In this document: one piece after another, positions 25,568 to 34,646 of the stretch
Layout of the letters: each line of letters starts with the position of its first letter
Numbering within the stretch: position 1 is the first letter of the stretch
Position numbers and translations under genes: made by a program
From: a virus
Taxonomy: Duplodnaviria; Heunggongvirae; Uroviricota; Caudoviricetes
Virus record (IMG/VR): IMGVR_UViG_3300046355_000236
Direction: 5' to 3' (one strand)
Length of the DNA: 41,610 bases
The notes under the pieces: generated by a model
What the model was told of the DNA's origin: nothing
Databases searched by the model: none
The model's input: only the letters and a program-made list of their open reading frames with translations

Positions 25568-26358
25568 TGGAATCAGCAGCGATAACAGCGGAACGTACTG
25601 CGTACCGAAAAATTAAACAACTGCTTGGCAACCCCCGTGCAATTGCTGAACCACGTGGCAATGACATGGGGTTTCCTGACTTTGGGTTTACATTTAAAGT
25701 AGAGGGAAAGGTAGTCGATTTGCATTTTGAGTTTAAGATGAACCGAAATGCCCCAATGGGAAGCAGTAGACGCTGGCGTTTCGATGGTGAAAAGTTCACA
25801 GTGCCTGATGCGGAGCGTGAAGAAGAAGTTCTGTTAATGCTCGCTATGAATAGTTCCCCAGAATGTATTAATAACGGAGTGCGTTTGCTTGGTGAGCTGC
25901 GAAAGCACTTTGATGAACGTGTCAAGGAAATATCTACATCAACGTTCGGTGTTGAGCGTGATACAAAGGTCCGCCGCCAAAAGATAGAAGAATTTAAGAA
26001 AAAAGCAGGTATTCTTACGATTGCAAAGGGTATTGAGAATTCTGCTTTTGGAGCAGGTATCATTCAGCGTTACCGTAGAAAGTGGCGTGAAGTAATTCGC
26101 CCGAGTGCAGCATACAGCATGTTGTTCTTCGTGATTGGTGATAGTATTTGGTTCGTTGATGAGATAGGAACACTCGATTACATACAGAAGCAAGGGATAG
26201 CTCGTTTGTTCGGCGCAGAGCAGATTCCAGAGCTAAAGGGATTAAGAGCTCGGGTTGAAGCTCGAATAAGCCCAAAAATAACAGAAGGAAAGATGGATGT
26301 TATCGCGATTACGCGGCTAACAGGTGATCCTCAAACACAAGGACTACAGATTTTCTGA
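25567..26358 (+). CDS. Hypothetical protein, possible PD-(D/E)xK nuclease
   Basis: GFPDF...HFEFK arrangement in a basic protein. TAATG coupling. Confidence 0.45.
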   Translation: MESAAITAERTAYRKIKQLLGNPRAIAEPRGNDMGFPDFGFTFKVEGKVVDLHFEFKMNRNAPMGSSRRWRFDGEKFTVPDAEREEEVLLMLAMNSSPECINNGVRLLGELRKHFDERVKEISTSTFGVERDTKVRRQKIEEFKKKAGILTIAKGIENSAFGAGIIQRYRRKWREVIRPSAAYSMLFFVIGDSIWFVDEIGTLDYIQKQGIARLFGAEQIPELKGLRARVEARISPKITEGKMDVIAITRLTGDPQTQGLQIF

Positions 26359-26359
26359 T

Positions 26360-26367
26360 TATAAATA
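26360..26367 (+). promoter_or_regulatory. T4-type late promoter TATAAATA
   Basis: Perfect consensus heading the block of structural and internal proteins. Confidence 0.8.
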
Positions 26368-26404
26368 CCCCAGAGTTAGGCTAAGTGTAAACCTCTGAGG
26401 TATT

Positions 26405-27436
26405 ATGAAACAAAAAGAAACAAAAAAGCCTGTCGTATCGACCGACAGCAACAAGATCGTTATCAATCCACCTGAAAAAACCGAACGCGAGCGTCACGCT
26501 GTCGTGAACGAACGTTTCGAACAGGCAACGCAGATTGGTAAAAAGGTAGGGATGGTCCTTCAAGCAAAGGCCTCCCGCGCAGACATCCCTGAACAGGTGA
26601 TTCGTCAAGTATACGTACGTGGTTTGAATGAGTTCGTCAATCTGAGCGAACTCAATCGTGATACATTGAATTCTTATCACTACAAAGCTGATAAGGACAT
26701 TACAAAGGCTCACCGTGTACTTGGTCCTCAGATCAAAGCTGGTGATGCAAAAGCTGCAAACAAGACATCTGATAGAATCAGCAGACGTATGCGTGGCATG
26801 GACCGCTCCGTAGACCGCTTAAACAAAGAACAATATGCGATGAACCGAGTCAATTCGTTCATCGCTGGCGGCGCTGCTCTTTCAGAAGACTTTGATCTGA
26901 TTCCTGTGATGGAAAAGGTTGGCATGAAGGGTTCAGGCGGTGCAATGCGTCCGCACATCCGCCGCGAAAAGAGCCCGTACAATGGCAAGACTATTTTCTA
27001 CGTCGTTGATGCTAAGGGCAATACCAAGTTTTCTACATCTGATGAGCTGGCTGCTAAAAAGCACTTGGCTGCAAAATACAACTCATATATGGCAGAAGAG
27101 GTCAATCTTACCGAAGAGCCAGACCATGCAAAGCAGATTACCAAGCTAAAAGATGCTGTTAAGAAAATGAAGAAGGACATGATGACCGCTCTTCAAGATC
27201 ATAAGAACGAATTGAAGGAAAAAGAAACCGAACAGGCTCCTGTTGACGTAGATCACCAAGCGGCGATGACACACTTTGCTACACAGCACCGTAATGCTAC
27301 TATCAACGGAGACGAGAAATCTGCTAAAGAGTACGCTGGTCACTATCACAACTACAGCGCTGCGTTGTCAAAAATGTACAACAAGAACTTGAGAACAATC
27401 ATGAAGGGACAGCCAGCGAAAGCAAAGGCGAAGTAA
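26405..27436 (+). CDS. Hypothetical modular protein, probable internal head protein
   Basis: Follows a late promoter, K/E-rich, with L-x-E sites and a module shared with ORFs 29083 and 30804. Confidence 0.65.
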   Translation: MKQKETKKPVVSTDSNKIVINPPEKTERERHAVVNERFEQATQIGKKVGMVLQAKASRADIPEQVIRQVYVRGLNEFVNLSELNRDTLNSYHYKADKDITKAHRVLGPQIKAGDAKAANKTSDRISRRMRGMDRSVDRLNKEQYAMNRVNSFIAGGAALSEDFDLIPVMEKVGMKGSGGAMRPHIRREKSPYNGKTIFYVVDAKGNTKFSTSDELAAKKHLAAKYNSYMAEEVNLTEEPDHAKQITKLKDAVKKMKKDMMTALQDHKNELKEKETEQAPVDVDHQAAMTHFATQHRNATINGDEKSAKEYAGHYHNYSAALSKMYNKNLRTIMKGQPAKAKAK

Positions 27437-27437
27437 T

Positions 27438-28013
27438 ATGTCAACAACTAACAAATTTTTCACCGATAACATGGGTGGCACACGGGCTGAGAATTATATC
27501 GGAAACTTTGGTGAAGTTTTCTACGATACCACTGGTGTAACACCTATGCGTTTGTCTGATGGACAAACACCTGGTGGTATTCCGTTTGGTATTGCCACTG
27601 CCTCAAAAACCTTTGATCCTCAATTCACAACTGTTACTGGTGAAACTCTTACAGGTGTTGTTGTAACAGGCAGCTATGTAAAACAAGGGCTAATTGTGCA
27701 CTGCCGTGTTAACGTTGATTTTACAAACTGCACTAATTTTGGTGCAAATAATCAATATAAGTTTACCTTGCCGTTCCCAAGCATTGCTACTATGACTATG
27801 CGTGGTGGTACACTTCATCAAACTAATGGTGACTCATTGTATCATATTGCAGGAATTGTTGAACAAGCAACGAGTAACACGGTAGTTAAATTGTATTATT
27901 CTGGTAGCACTACAGATCTCGCATGGAAAGCAAATACGCCAGTAGGTGCAACGTCAAATACATCACACTTTGATATTAGCGGTGCATACGAGACTAGTAG
28001 TTTGGCTGTTTGA
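27438..28013 (+). CDS. Putative virion fibre/structural protein
   Basis: N-terminal GEVFYDT...RLSDGQTPGG (Mtd-N/fibre-like) and a T/G-rich beta C-domain with FTLPF. Confidence 0.6.
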   Translation: MSTTNKFFTDNMGGTRAENYIGNFGEVFYDTTGVTPMRLSDGQTPGGIPFGIATASKTFDPQFTTVTGETLTGVVVTGSYVKQGLIVHCRVNVDFTNCTNFGANNQYKFTLPFPSIATMTMRGGTLHQTNGDSLYHIAGIVEQATSNTVVKLYYSGSTTDLAWKANTPVGATSNTSHFDISGAYETSSLAV

Positions 28014-28031
28014 AACTGAATAGGAATACAT

Positions 28032-28475
28032 ATGGACGAACTAATCGAACAAATGAAGGTTGTGCTTGCTGATACAGTAGCCTTCGGAATGAAAGCACAT
28101 CAGTACCACTGGAACGTAGAGGGCATTGACTTCTATGCTAATCACAAATTCTTTCAACTAATTTACGAAGAAGTAGATGGTTCTGTTGACGGTATCGGAG
28201 AGCAGATCCGTCAAATTGATGCATATGCACCGCTGAGCCCACAACGTATTGCTGAGTTGACGAATCTTGCAGACACACCACCATCACCTGAATTCAAAGT
28301 GATGGTTCGTAATCTGTACAACGACAACAATACTGTTCTTCGCACTCTGATGGAAGCATACCGCCTAGCTGAAAGATACAGTGAAATTGGCCTGTCCAAC
28401 TTCCTCCAAGACCGTGTAACAGCTCACAAGCAACATCTGTATATGCTTCGCTCGACTCTGAAAGGTGATGAGTAA
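28032..28475 (+). CDS. dps: Dps/ferritin-like DNA starvation protection protein
   Basis: KAHQYHWNVEG..F...H.FF..IYEE....D.IGEQIR ferroxidase motifs and H.QHLYMLRS. Confidence 0.9.
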   Translation: MDELIEQMKVVLADTVAFGMKAHQYHWNVEGIDFYANHKFFQLIYEEVDGSVDGIGEQIRQIDAYAPLSPQRIAELTNLADTPPSPEFKVMVRNLYNDNNTVLRTLMEAYRLAERYSEIGLSNFLQDRVTAHKQHLYMLRSTLKGDE

Positions 28476-29071
28476 TGTATAAATCACTAGAAAGCATTAT
28501 TCGTGGCCGCACACAGAGCGAGTCAACGTATAAAAGCTTCCGCTCAGCTCTGAGCTCTATCTACGAGAAGAAGATAGAAACACACTACCGCGATCAGATC
28601 GTTGTTGGAGCATACAAAACATCCAACTTTGAAATGTGCCCAAAGGCACAGTTGTTGTTTAGTAAGTTGCCAGAAGACATTGATCGCGATGCTGCAGAAA
28701 AGGCTGCTGTATTTTTAGATCAATTGTTTGCTTTAGAAAAAAGCGTGATCGCTAGCGATAAAGCAACAGGTGAAGACATTAAGCAAGCAGAAGCATACGC
28801 TGAAAAAGCAATGTTAATGGGTGCTGATGCTGATCTGACAAAGCAGCTTGGTTTCGTAAAGGACCACGTTGCTACTATTAAGAAACTCCACAAAGTGGAA
28901 GATCTTAATCCAAAGACATCGGTGTCCGATGAAGATATTAAAAAGAAGTTTACACGACCATCCCTTGCACAGACACCAGAACCAAAAGATATGGACATTG
29001 ATAATCAAAAGTTCCGTATTTCGCGCAATCTGAAGATGCAACGCAAATTAAAAATCATAGATAACGACTAA
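28475..29071 (+). CDS. Hypothetical protein (late block)
   Basis: Translationally coupled ORF ending K.QRKLKIIDND. Confidence 0.7.
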   Translation: MYKSLESIIRGRTQSESTYKSFRSALSSIYEKKIETHYRDQIVVGAYKTSNFEMCPKAQLLFSKLPEDIDRDAAEKAAVFLDQLFALEKSVIASDKATGEDIKQAEAYAEKAMLMGADADLTKQLGFVKDHVATIKKLHKVEDLNPKTSVSDEDIKKKFTRPSLAQTPEPKDMDIDNQKFRISRNLKMQRKLKIIDND

Positions 29072-29082
29072 GGAGAAACTAA

Positions 29083-30804
29083 ATGATCAAAGATCTACCA
29101 AAGGGCCTATTGAACGCTGTTGCAGCTATCAATCAGAAATCCCGCGAAGCTTACGTAGCTGAACAAGCTGAGAAGCAAAAAGTATACGAGTCCAAACTGG
29201 CACAGAAGATGAAAGCACCTCAAAAAGTAGGTCTTTCTGAAGCTGAACACGTTTTACCAATGAGGGGTGGTGATGCACGCTATAGTGAAATGATGAAGCA
29301 TGCAAACAGAATGGGTTATAATGTGCACCACAATGAACATCGAGGCGACGAAAGAAGTGGCAATAAAGGTAAAGCTGATATTACTGTTCACTATGAACGT
29401 GGCGATCAGCGCGATACAGCTACACCAGCGTCAATTGAAATTCACAAAGGTAGCAAAGCTCATGGTGATAAAGCTCTTACTGCTATGGTTAAAGGTAAAG
29501 CCTCAGCTATGAGAGAAGCTGCTGAGGGCACCGCACCAAAGACAGACAAAGAAAAGCAACTAGCTGCTATGTCTGGCGACAAGACAAAGATCACCAAAGG
29601 TGATGTTTTGAAGGCGCGTGGCGTCAAAGAAGGCTGGGATGATATGCTCAAAGCTACTCGTGAAAAGTCTAAACCACAACCTAACGGCGGTAGCGGTAAA
29701 AAGCAAGGCTCTTCATACGGCGGTAGCAAGCAAAAAGACGAAAAAGAAGTTAAAGAAGATGTTGAGCAAATCGACGAACTGAGCAAGTCTACACTTGGCT
29801 CTTACGTTAAGAAGGCATCGACAGCAATGGCATCACAAAACGCTGTGGCTAGTCAATTCCGTAGTGCAGGCTCTGATGCACGCTTAAAAGCCATGAATGC
29901 AAAGAGCGACGCAACGCAGGATAAACATGCCAGAGATGCAAGAGTGAATATGAGTATTGCTGACAGACACTATGCTGGTGTTGGTAAGAGACAAGCAAAC
30001 ATCGGCAAAGCTGTAGATCGTTTGACAAAAGAAGATATCGATGCGTCCGCAGCAGTTCTGCGCGCTTCTATTCAAGAAGGCGTACTGGGCACAATGAAGA
30101 AGTTGGCTAAGAAAGCTGTTAAGAAGGTCGGTGATACACTTGGTCACGGTAGCGATGAGGACTTGTTGAAAGATCTTCAAAAGAAGATGGGTAAGTCTAA
30201 CCCACACGGCAAACGTAGCATGGCTTCGGAAGAAGTTGATCAAATCGATGAGAAATACACCGACAAGCAAAAAGCTTTAAAAGTTGGATATCAAGTAGGG
30301 CAAAACAGCCCATACGGAGACAAAAAACCAACTGCAAACAGAATATCTCATGACTTCAAAACAAGAACTGATAGCAACACTACTGTCCGTGGAAGCGGTC
30401 GCGCACATTCTGCAGCACACCTCCTTAGAACTGTAAAAGGACTAAAGTCCACTTATGATAAAGGAGTTACGGGTGGTGAATCTGCGCATAGAAAGGCCGT
30501 AGATGCTCATGTGAGCGGGATGATGAAGAAGCCAAGATTGGCTGGAAAACTGCCTGAGCATGTCGAGCAAGCAGCGGCTGATCAAATTGACGAGGCCTTG
30601 CGTACAATTTCTACACATGGCAAGGGCGAAGGTGCTCACCACGCTGTTGTAAAGCGTGATGCTGAGTGGAATGAATATCAAGTTCACTTCTACAAAGATG
30701 GCAAGCACATGGGTGAAGGTCCAGTTAGCCACCACGATGACAAGAAGGACGCTCAGGACACTGCCGAGAGCGAAGTCAAACGCATGAATAAGAAAGCAGA
30801 CTAA
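29083..30804 (+). CDS. Large basic modular protein, probable prohead-protease-processed internal head protein
   Basis: Repeated (E/D)QIDE linkers separating K/H-rich modules. AAGGAG RBS. Confidence 0.65.
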   Translation: MIKDLPKGLLNAVAAINQKSREAYVAEQAEKQKVYESKLAQKMKAPQKVGLSEAEHVLPMRGGDARYSEMMKHANRMGYNVHHNEHRGDERSGNKGKADITVHYERGDQRDTATPASIEIHKGSKAHGDKALTAMVKGKASAMREAAEGTAPKTDKEKQLAAMSGDKTKITKGDVLKARGVKEGWDDMLKATREKSKPQPNGGSGKKQGSSYGGSKQKDEKEVKEDVEQIDELSKSTLGSYVKKASTAMASQNAVASQFRSAGSDARLKAMNAKSDATQDKHARDARVNMSIADRHYAGVGKRQANIGKAVDRLTKEDIDASAAVLRASIQEGVLGTMKKLAKKAVKKVGDTLGHGSDEDLLKDLQKKMGKSNPHGKRSMASEEVDQIDEKYTDKQKALKVGYQVGQNSPYGDKKPTANRISHDFKTRTDSNTTVRGSGRAHSAAHLLRTVKGLKSTYDKGVTGGESAHRKAVDAHVSGMMKKPRLAGKLPEHVEQAAADQIDEALRTISTHGKGEGAHHAVVKRDAEWNEYQVHFYKDGKHMGEGPVSHHDDKKDAQDTAESEVKRMNKKAD

Positions 30805-31238
30805 TGAAAAAGTTTTCCACATTTATCAACGAAAACGTCGAGCAGATCGATGAGTTGACATCGGAATTGCTTGGTCGCTATAAGCAAAAGGCCAGCGCAC
30901 AATCCTCTGCTTTGGACAAAGAAGGTTTTGCAACACGTGACCAGAAGAAGGCACGTGAATTGCTAGACAAGGCCCACAAACGCTACAAAGGTATCATTAA
31001 AGCTACTGGTAAGCAGTTTGACAATGATATGAAGAAGGAAGAAGTTGTACTAGGCGAAGAGGCCAAACACAACGAAGTCCACGTGTCTGATGCGGGTGGT
31101 GGCAAGTACAAGGTACATGCGGTCGGTAAGAAGTTCTCTGGTGGTATTAAAGTCGGCGAACACCTAAACGATACACATCTTGATGATGTTTCTGAAATGG
31201 GTGGCAAAATTAAAATGGTCAAATCCAAAAAGGACTAA
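30804..31238 (+). CDS. Probable internal head protein with capsid-targeting-like N-terminus
   Basis: MKKFSTFINE resembles the T4 CTS MKTYQEFIAE and is followed by NVEQIDEL. Confidence 0.65.
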   Translation: MKKFSTFINENVEQIDELTSELLGRYKQKASAQSSALDKEGFATRDQKKARELLDKAHKRYKGIIKATGKQFDNDMKKEEVVLGEEAKHNEVHVSDAGGGKYKVHAVGKKFSGGIKVGEHLNDTHLDDVSEMGGKIKMVKSKKD

Positions 31239-31240
31239 TC

Positions 31241-31456
31241 ATGCCCATCTTGAACATTGGTCAAATGGTCGTTAAAGGCGAGGAAAAGAAAGAAATTACT
31301 CGCCAAATTAACAACGCGGCACGCGCAAAGACGGAGGTTATTGAAGGCCGTCTAGTGCCCCGCGAAGGTACAGCTTTATTTGTCAATGGTCAACGTCGTA
31401 CTATTGGTAAGAAATCACAGTACCTTTTGGATATGCTGACTTTAGACGACAAATAA
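31241..31456 (+). CDS. Hypothetical protein
   Basis: AAGGA RBS; packed ORF. Confidence 0.65.
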   Translation: MPILNIGQMVVKGEEKKEITRQINNAARAKTEVIEGRLVPREGTALFVNGQRRTIGKKSQYLLDMLTLDDK

Positions 31457-31484
31457 ATAAATAACAAATCTTAGGAGAACTTAA

Positions 31485-32051
31485 ATGCCTTTATTCAAAT
31501 CCGATGACCTTGCAAACAACGCGCCAAAGGGCAAAAGCGTTATTGCTGGCACTTCCGCACGTGGTAACGTTGTTTTTGCAAACACGACCAATGGTGCATT
31601 CGTAAACAACACTGTTAAGGGTCTGTACGGTATTAGCGTTACAGAAGCTGGTGTTGCGCCTGGTAAAGTTACCCACGCTGGCTGGAACCTTGTAACCCAA
31701 GGTACAGGTCCAGTCGCTGGTCTGACAATTGTTGCTGGTGGTACTGACTACAAAAACACAGATGTTATCACTGTTTCAGGTGGCGCTGTTAACGCTTCTG
31801 CAACAATGGGTACTAACTCCACTGGTGGTATTACTTCTGTTGTTTTGGTATCTGGTGGCCGTGGCTTTATTAACACGACCGCAACTACTCTAGCAATTGC
31901 CAACTCCACTGGCGGCGCAACGAGCGGTTCTACTGCTAACGTTACGTTCACTTTGGGTGGCCGTGCAAACCGTGTTCAATATGAAACACTGGTTGCAATG
32001 GGCAGCGCGATGACTTCTAACGGTTCCGGTGCTATTCCTGGGATTAACTGA
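31485..32051 (+). CDS. Putative virion structural protein (G/T/N-rich)
   Basis: THAGW, GG..Y...D and R.QYETLVAM motifs. Preceded by AATAAATA (late-promoter variant) and AGGAG. Confidence 0.65.
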   Translation: MPLFKSDDLANNAPKGKSVIAGTSARGNVVFANTTNGAFVNNTVKGLYGISVTEAGVAPGKVTHAGWNLVTQGTGPVAGLTIVAGGTDYKNTDVITVSGGAVNASATMGTNSTGGITSVVLVSGGRGFINTTATTLAIANSTGGATSGSTANVTFTLGGRANRVQYETLVAMGSAMTSNGSGAIPGIN

Positions 32052-32344
32052 TGGTTGACCGCGCACGGAAAATTTCTGAGCTAACGGCGACCACGAGTGT
32101 CGCTGGAAACGGTTTACTCGTTATTGTAGACAACTCCAGCAGCACTCCGGTCACAAAAAAGATAACAGTATCAAACCTGTTATCTAACAGCGCAAACGTT
32201 AAAGCAACAGGAATAGTTACAGCATCAGCACCATCTACATCGTCGAGTAACGGTGCTGCTGGTGACGTGCGATACGATTCGAGCTTTGTTTACGTTTGTA
32301 TTGCTACTAACACATGGAAGAGATCGCCTCTCGACACTTGGTAA
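32051..32344 (+). CDS. Putative fibre/structural protein
   Basis: KISEL N-terminus, TKKITV, and G.AGD.RYDSSF.YVC.ATNTWKR ending typical of phage fibre modules. Confidence 0.65.
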   Translation: MVDRARKISELTATTSVAGNGLLVIVDNSSSTPVTKKITVSNLLSNSANVKATGIVTASAPSTSSSNGAAGDVRYDSSFVYVCIATNTWKRSPLDTW

Positions 32345-32345
32345 T

Positions 32346-32738
32346 ATGACAGATAAACTTGACGAGAGCAACTTTTTGTTGTACGCAGCTAGACATTATG
32401 ATAATCCACACTGTTACGACACCGAAGAATTTTATGATGATCTGAACCGCTTTAAATATTTGAAGCGGTTATTCAACAGGTATGAAGAAACAGGCGAACT
32501 AAAAGAACGCTTGATTATCAACCATTTGACGGTAGTCTACAACATATATGGTGTTGAGCCTGCAACAAGAATGTTGTTCCTCAAGCTAAGAGGTCAATAT
32601 CAGTTGTTAAAGCCGTTCCTTGTTCTGATGGGATATATGCCTGAAACGATTACAGGTATTGGGCCAGAAGCCCAAACAATAATCAGCTCTGACATCCACA
32701 TGGATGAAAAGATAGTAGAAGTATTGAGACAAATATGA
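32346..32738 (+). CDS. Conserved hypothetical protein of T4-like phages
   Basis: NFLLYAA.HY.NP.C...EF.DDL.RFKY.KRL..RY...GEL.ERLI.NH motif. Confidence 0.8.
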   Translation: MTDKLDESNFLLYAARHYDNPHCYDTEEFYDDLNRFKYLKRLFNRYEETGELKERLIINHLTVVYNIYGVEPATRMLFLKLRGQYQLLKPFLVLMGYMPETITGIGPEAQTIISSDIHMDEKIVEVLRQI

Positions 32739-32965
32739 AAACATTCAAGCAATTTTTAGAATGTGCCGATATGTGCAGAGTGTGTGGTCAGACGCCATGC
32801 AACTGTACACATATTGAGGAAGAGATTGCAGTTAATAATGCCGGAAGTGGGAACGTGCCAGGTATAGGGGTTGGACCCCAAGGTGAGCCTGGTGGTCGTA
32901 AAGCTATTATGAACAAGATGTTCAAGCGAAAGGCAGCTAATGTGGGTATTAAAGTTTCTACCTGA
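32735..32965 (+). CDS. Small protein with CTS-like N-terminus and Cys cluster
   Basis: MKTFKQFLE followed by CRVCGQTPCNC and NNAGSG..G.G..GEPG. Confidence 0.65.
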   Translation: MKTFKQFLECADMCRVCGQTPCNCTHIEEEIAVNNAGSGNVPGIGVGPQGEPGGRKAIMNKMFKRKAANVGIKVST

Positions 32966-33347
32966 TTGGATATTCTACGCAATATTAATTCTAGGATTCG
33001 CTGGATTAGTTTTAAGTAAGTTCGTCCCTGTATATTACAGAACAGCAGTACAAGCCGCATCAGCGGCTTTCTTTGTTTTTGGAATTTATATGGCAGGTGC
33101 TATCTACGACAACAATGCATGGAAAGCCCGTGTAAACGAGTTAGAAAAGAAGGTTGCAGAGGCGCAAGCAGAATCCGCAAAAGAGAATACAAAGATCGTA
33201 GAGAAGGTAATCACTAAGCGTGAGTATTATCGCGAACGTGGAAACGATATTATCAACTACATTGATCGAGAAATTGTTAAGTATGACGCGTCATGCGAAA
33301 TACCTAAGGAGTTCATTGAAGTACATAATAAGGCAGCAACGAAATGA
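32940..33347 (+). CDS. Inner-membrane spanin (Rz-like)
   Basis: N-terminal TM segments, a coiled coil and a C-terminal C.IP..F..HN, overlapping the lipoprotein gene. Confidence 0.7.
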   Translation: MWVLKFLPDWIFYAILILGFAGLVLSKFVPVYYRTAVQAASAAFFVFGIYMAGAIYDNNAWKARVNELEKKVAEAQAESAKENTKIVEKVITKREYYRERGNDIINYIDREIVKYDASCEIPKEFIEVHNKAATK

Positions 33348-33601
33348 AATACATTCTTCTTACATTGTTGTTGACAGGATGTACAACTGTTCCTGTCGTT
33401 GCTAAGTTTCCAGAAGCTCCTTCACAGCTCTTGGAAGCATGCCCTGAACTACAAAAACTAAACGACCAAGCAAAGCTGAGTGATATTTCCAAAACAGCTG
33501 TGCTTAATTATACCACATATTATCAATGCACTTCAAAGACAGAAGCATGGATTGATTGGTATCGAACACAAAAGAAAATATTTGAAGGTATAACCAAATG
33601 A
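33344..33601 (+). CDS. Outer-membrane spanin lipoprotein (Rz1-like)
   Basis: Lipobox LLLTGC, Pro-rich P..P..LL..CP.L and NY..Y..C motifs. Confidence 0.8.
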   Translation: MKYILLTLLLTGCTTVPVVAKFPEAPSQLLEACPELQKLNDQAKLSDISKTAVLNYTTYYQCTSKTEAWIDWYRTQKKIFEGITK

Positions 33602-34011
33602 AAACATTCAATCAATTTATCAACGAAGGTCTTTGGGACAATATTCATGCAAAACGTAAGCGTATTGCTAAAGGATCCGGTGAAAAGATGCGTGCCCCAG
33701 GATCAAAAGGAGCCCCGACAAAACAGAATTTTGTCGATGCACAGGAATCCGCTGCATGGACCCGAAAGGCTGGTAAGAATCCTGATGGAGGCTTGAACAA
33801 AAAAGGGATCGCCTCTTACCGCAGAGAAAACCCAGGATCAAAACTGTCAATGGCTGTAACAACAAAGCCATCGAAACTTGATCCTGATTCAAAGGCAGCA
33901 AAACGTCGTGATAGTTTCTGCGCTCGAATGAGCGGAGTAGATGGTCCGATGAAAAAGCCAAACGGTGAGCCAACACGAAAGGCTCTTGCTCTAAGAAAAT
34001 GGAATTGCTAA
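33598..34011 (+). CDS. Conserved basic phage protein with CTS-like N-terminus
   Basis: MKTFNQFINE, GLWDNIHAKRKR, and AW.RK.GKN..GGLN.KG..SYRRENPGSKL...RR.SFCARM...LRKWNC. Confidence 0.75.
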   Translation: MKTFNQFINEGLWDNIHAKRKRIAKGSGEKMRAPGSKGAPTKQNFVDAQESAAWTRKAGKNPDGGLNKKGIASYRRENPGSKLSMAVTTKPSKLDPDSKAAKRRDSFCARMSGVDGPMKKPNGEPTRKALALRKWNC

Positions 34012-34013
34012 AA

Positions 34014-34646
34014 ATGGAACTAACAAAAGAACAACTAAAACAATTACTTCCAAAAAATCCATACATCGATTACTGGCACAATGCTCTTTCGCAGCTACTG
34101 CCAGAGTATGAGATCAACACTCCTCAACGTATTGCAGCATTCATCGCTCAGTGCTCTCACGAGTCTGGCGGGTTTACTGCACTAAAAGAGAATCTGAATT
34201 ACCGTGCTGTAACTTTGAGAAAAATCTTCCCAAAGTATTTTCCTACAGATGAGATTGCAAATCAATATGCTTCAATGCCTAATAAGCAAGCAGCAATTGC
34301 AAACCGTGTGTACGCAAACCGTATGGGTAATGGGGATGAGGCTTCGGGCGATGGTTACAGATATTGTGGCCGTGGCTTGATCCAATTGACTGGTAAGGAA
34401 AACTATACATGGTTTGCTGCAAGTCTTGAAATCTCTGTTGAGGAAGCTGCTGAGTATCTTCAAACGTTTGAAGGTGCTGCTCAGTCAGCATGCTGGTTCT
34501 GGGAAACTAATAACCTGAACCAATGGGCCGATAAGGGTGATATTCTTACATTAACAAAGCGAATTAACGGTGGTACTATCGGGTTAGAGGATCGTATTAA
34601 ACATTATAAACACGCTTTGCATGTATTAGGAGTAGACCATGGCTGA
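34014..34646 (+). CDS. Endolysin, glycoside hydrolase family 19
   Basis: R.AAFIAQC.HESGGF..L.ENLNY, Y.NRMGNG, GRGLIQLTGK.NY and INGG.IGL.DR motifs. Confidence 0.92.
   Translation: MELTKEQLKQLLPKNPYIDYWHNALSQLLPEYEINTPQRIAAFIAQCSHESGGFTALKENLNYRAVTLRKIFPKYFPTDEIANQYASMPNKQAAIANRVYANRMGNGDEASGDGYRYCGRGLIQLTGKENYTWFAASLEISVEEAAEYLQTFEGAAQSACWFWETNNLNQWADKGDILTLTKRINGGTIGLEDRIKHYKHALHVLGVDHG

Noticed and set aside
25567-26358. Homing endonuclease
   Set aside because: No GIY-YIG, HNH or LAGLIDADG motif is present.
26368-26400. Hairpin CAGAG/CTCTG after the late promoter as a regulatory RNA
   Set aside because: Only about 5 bp of clear pairing, which is too weak to call without covariation data.
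27438-28013. Diversity-generating retroelement suggested by the Mtd-like N-terminus
   Set aside because: No reverse transcriptase and no TR/VR repeat pair in the window.
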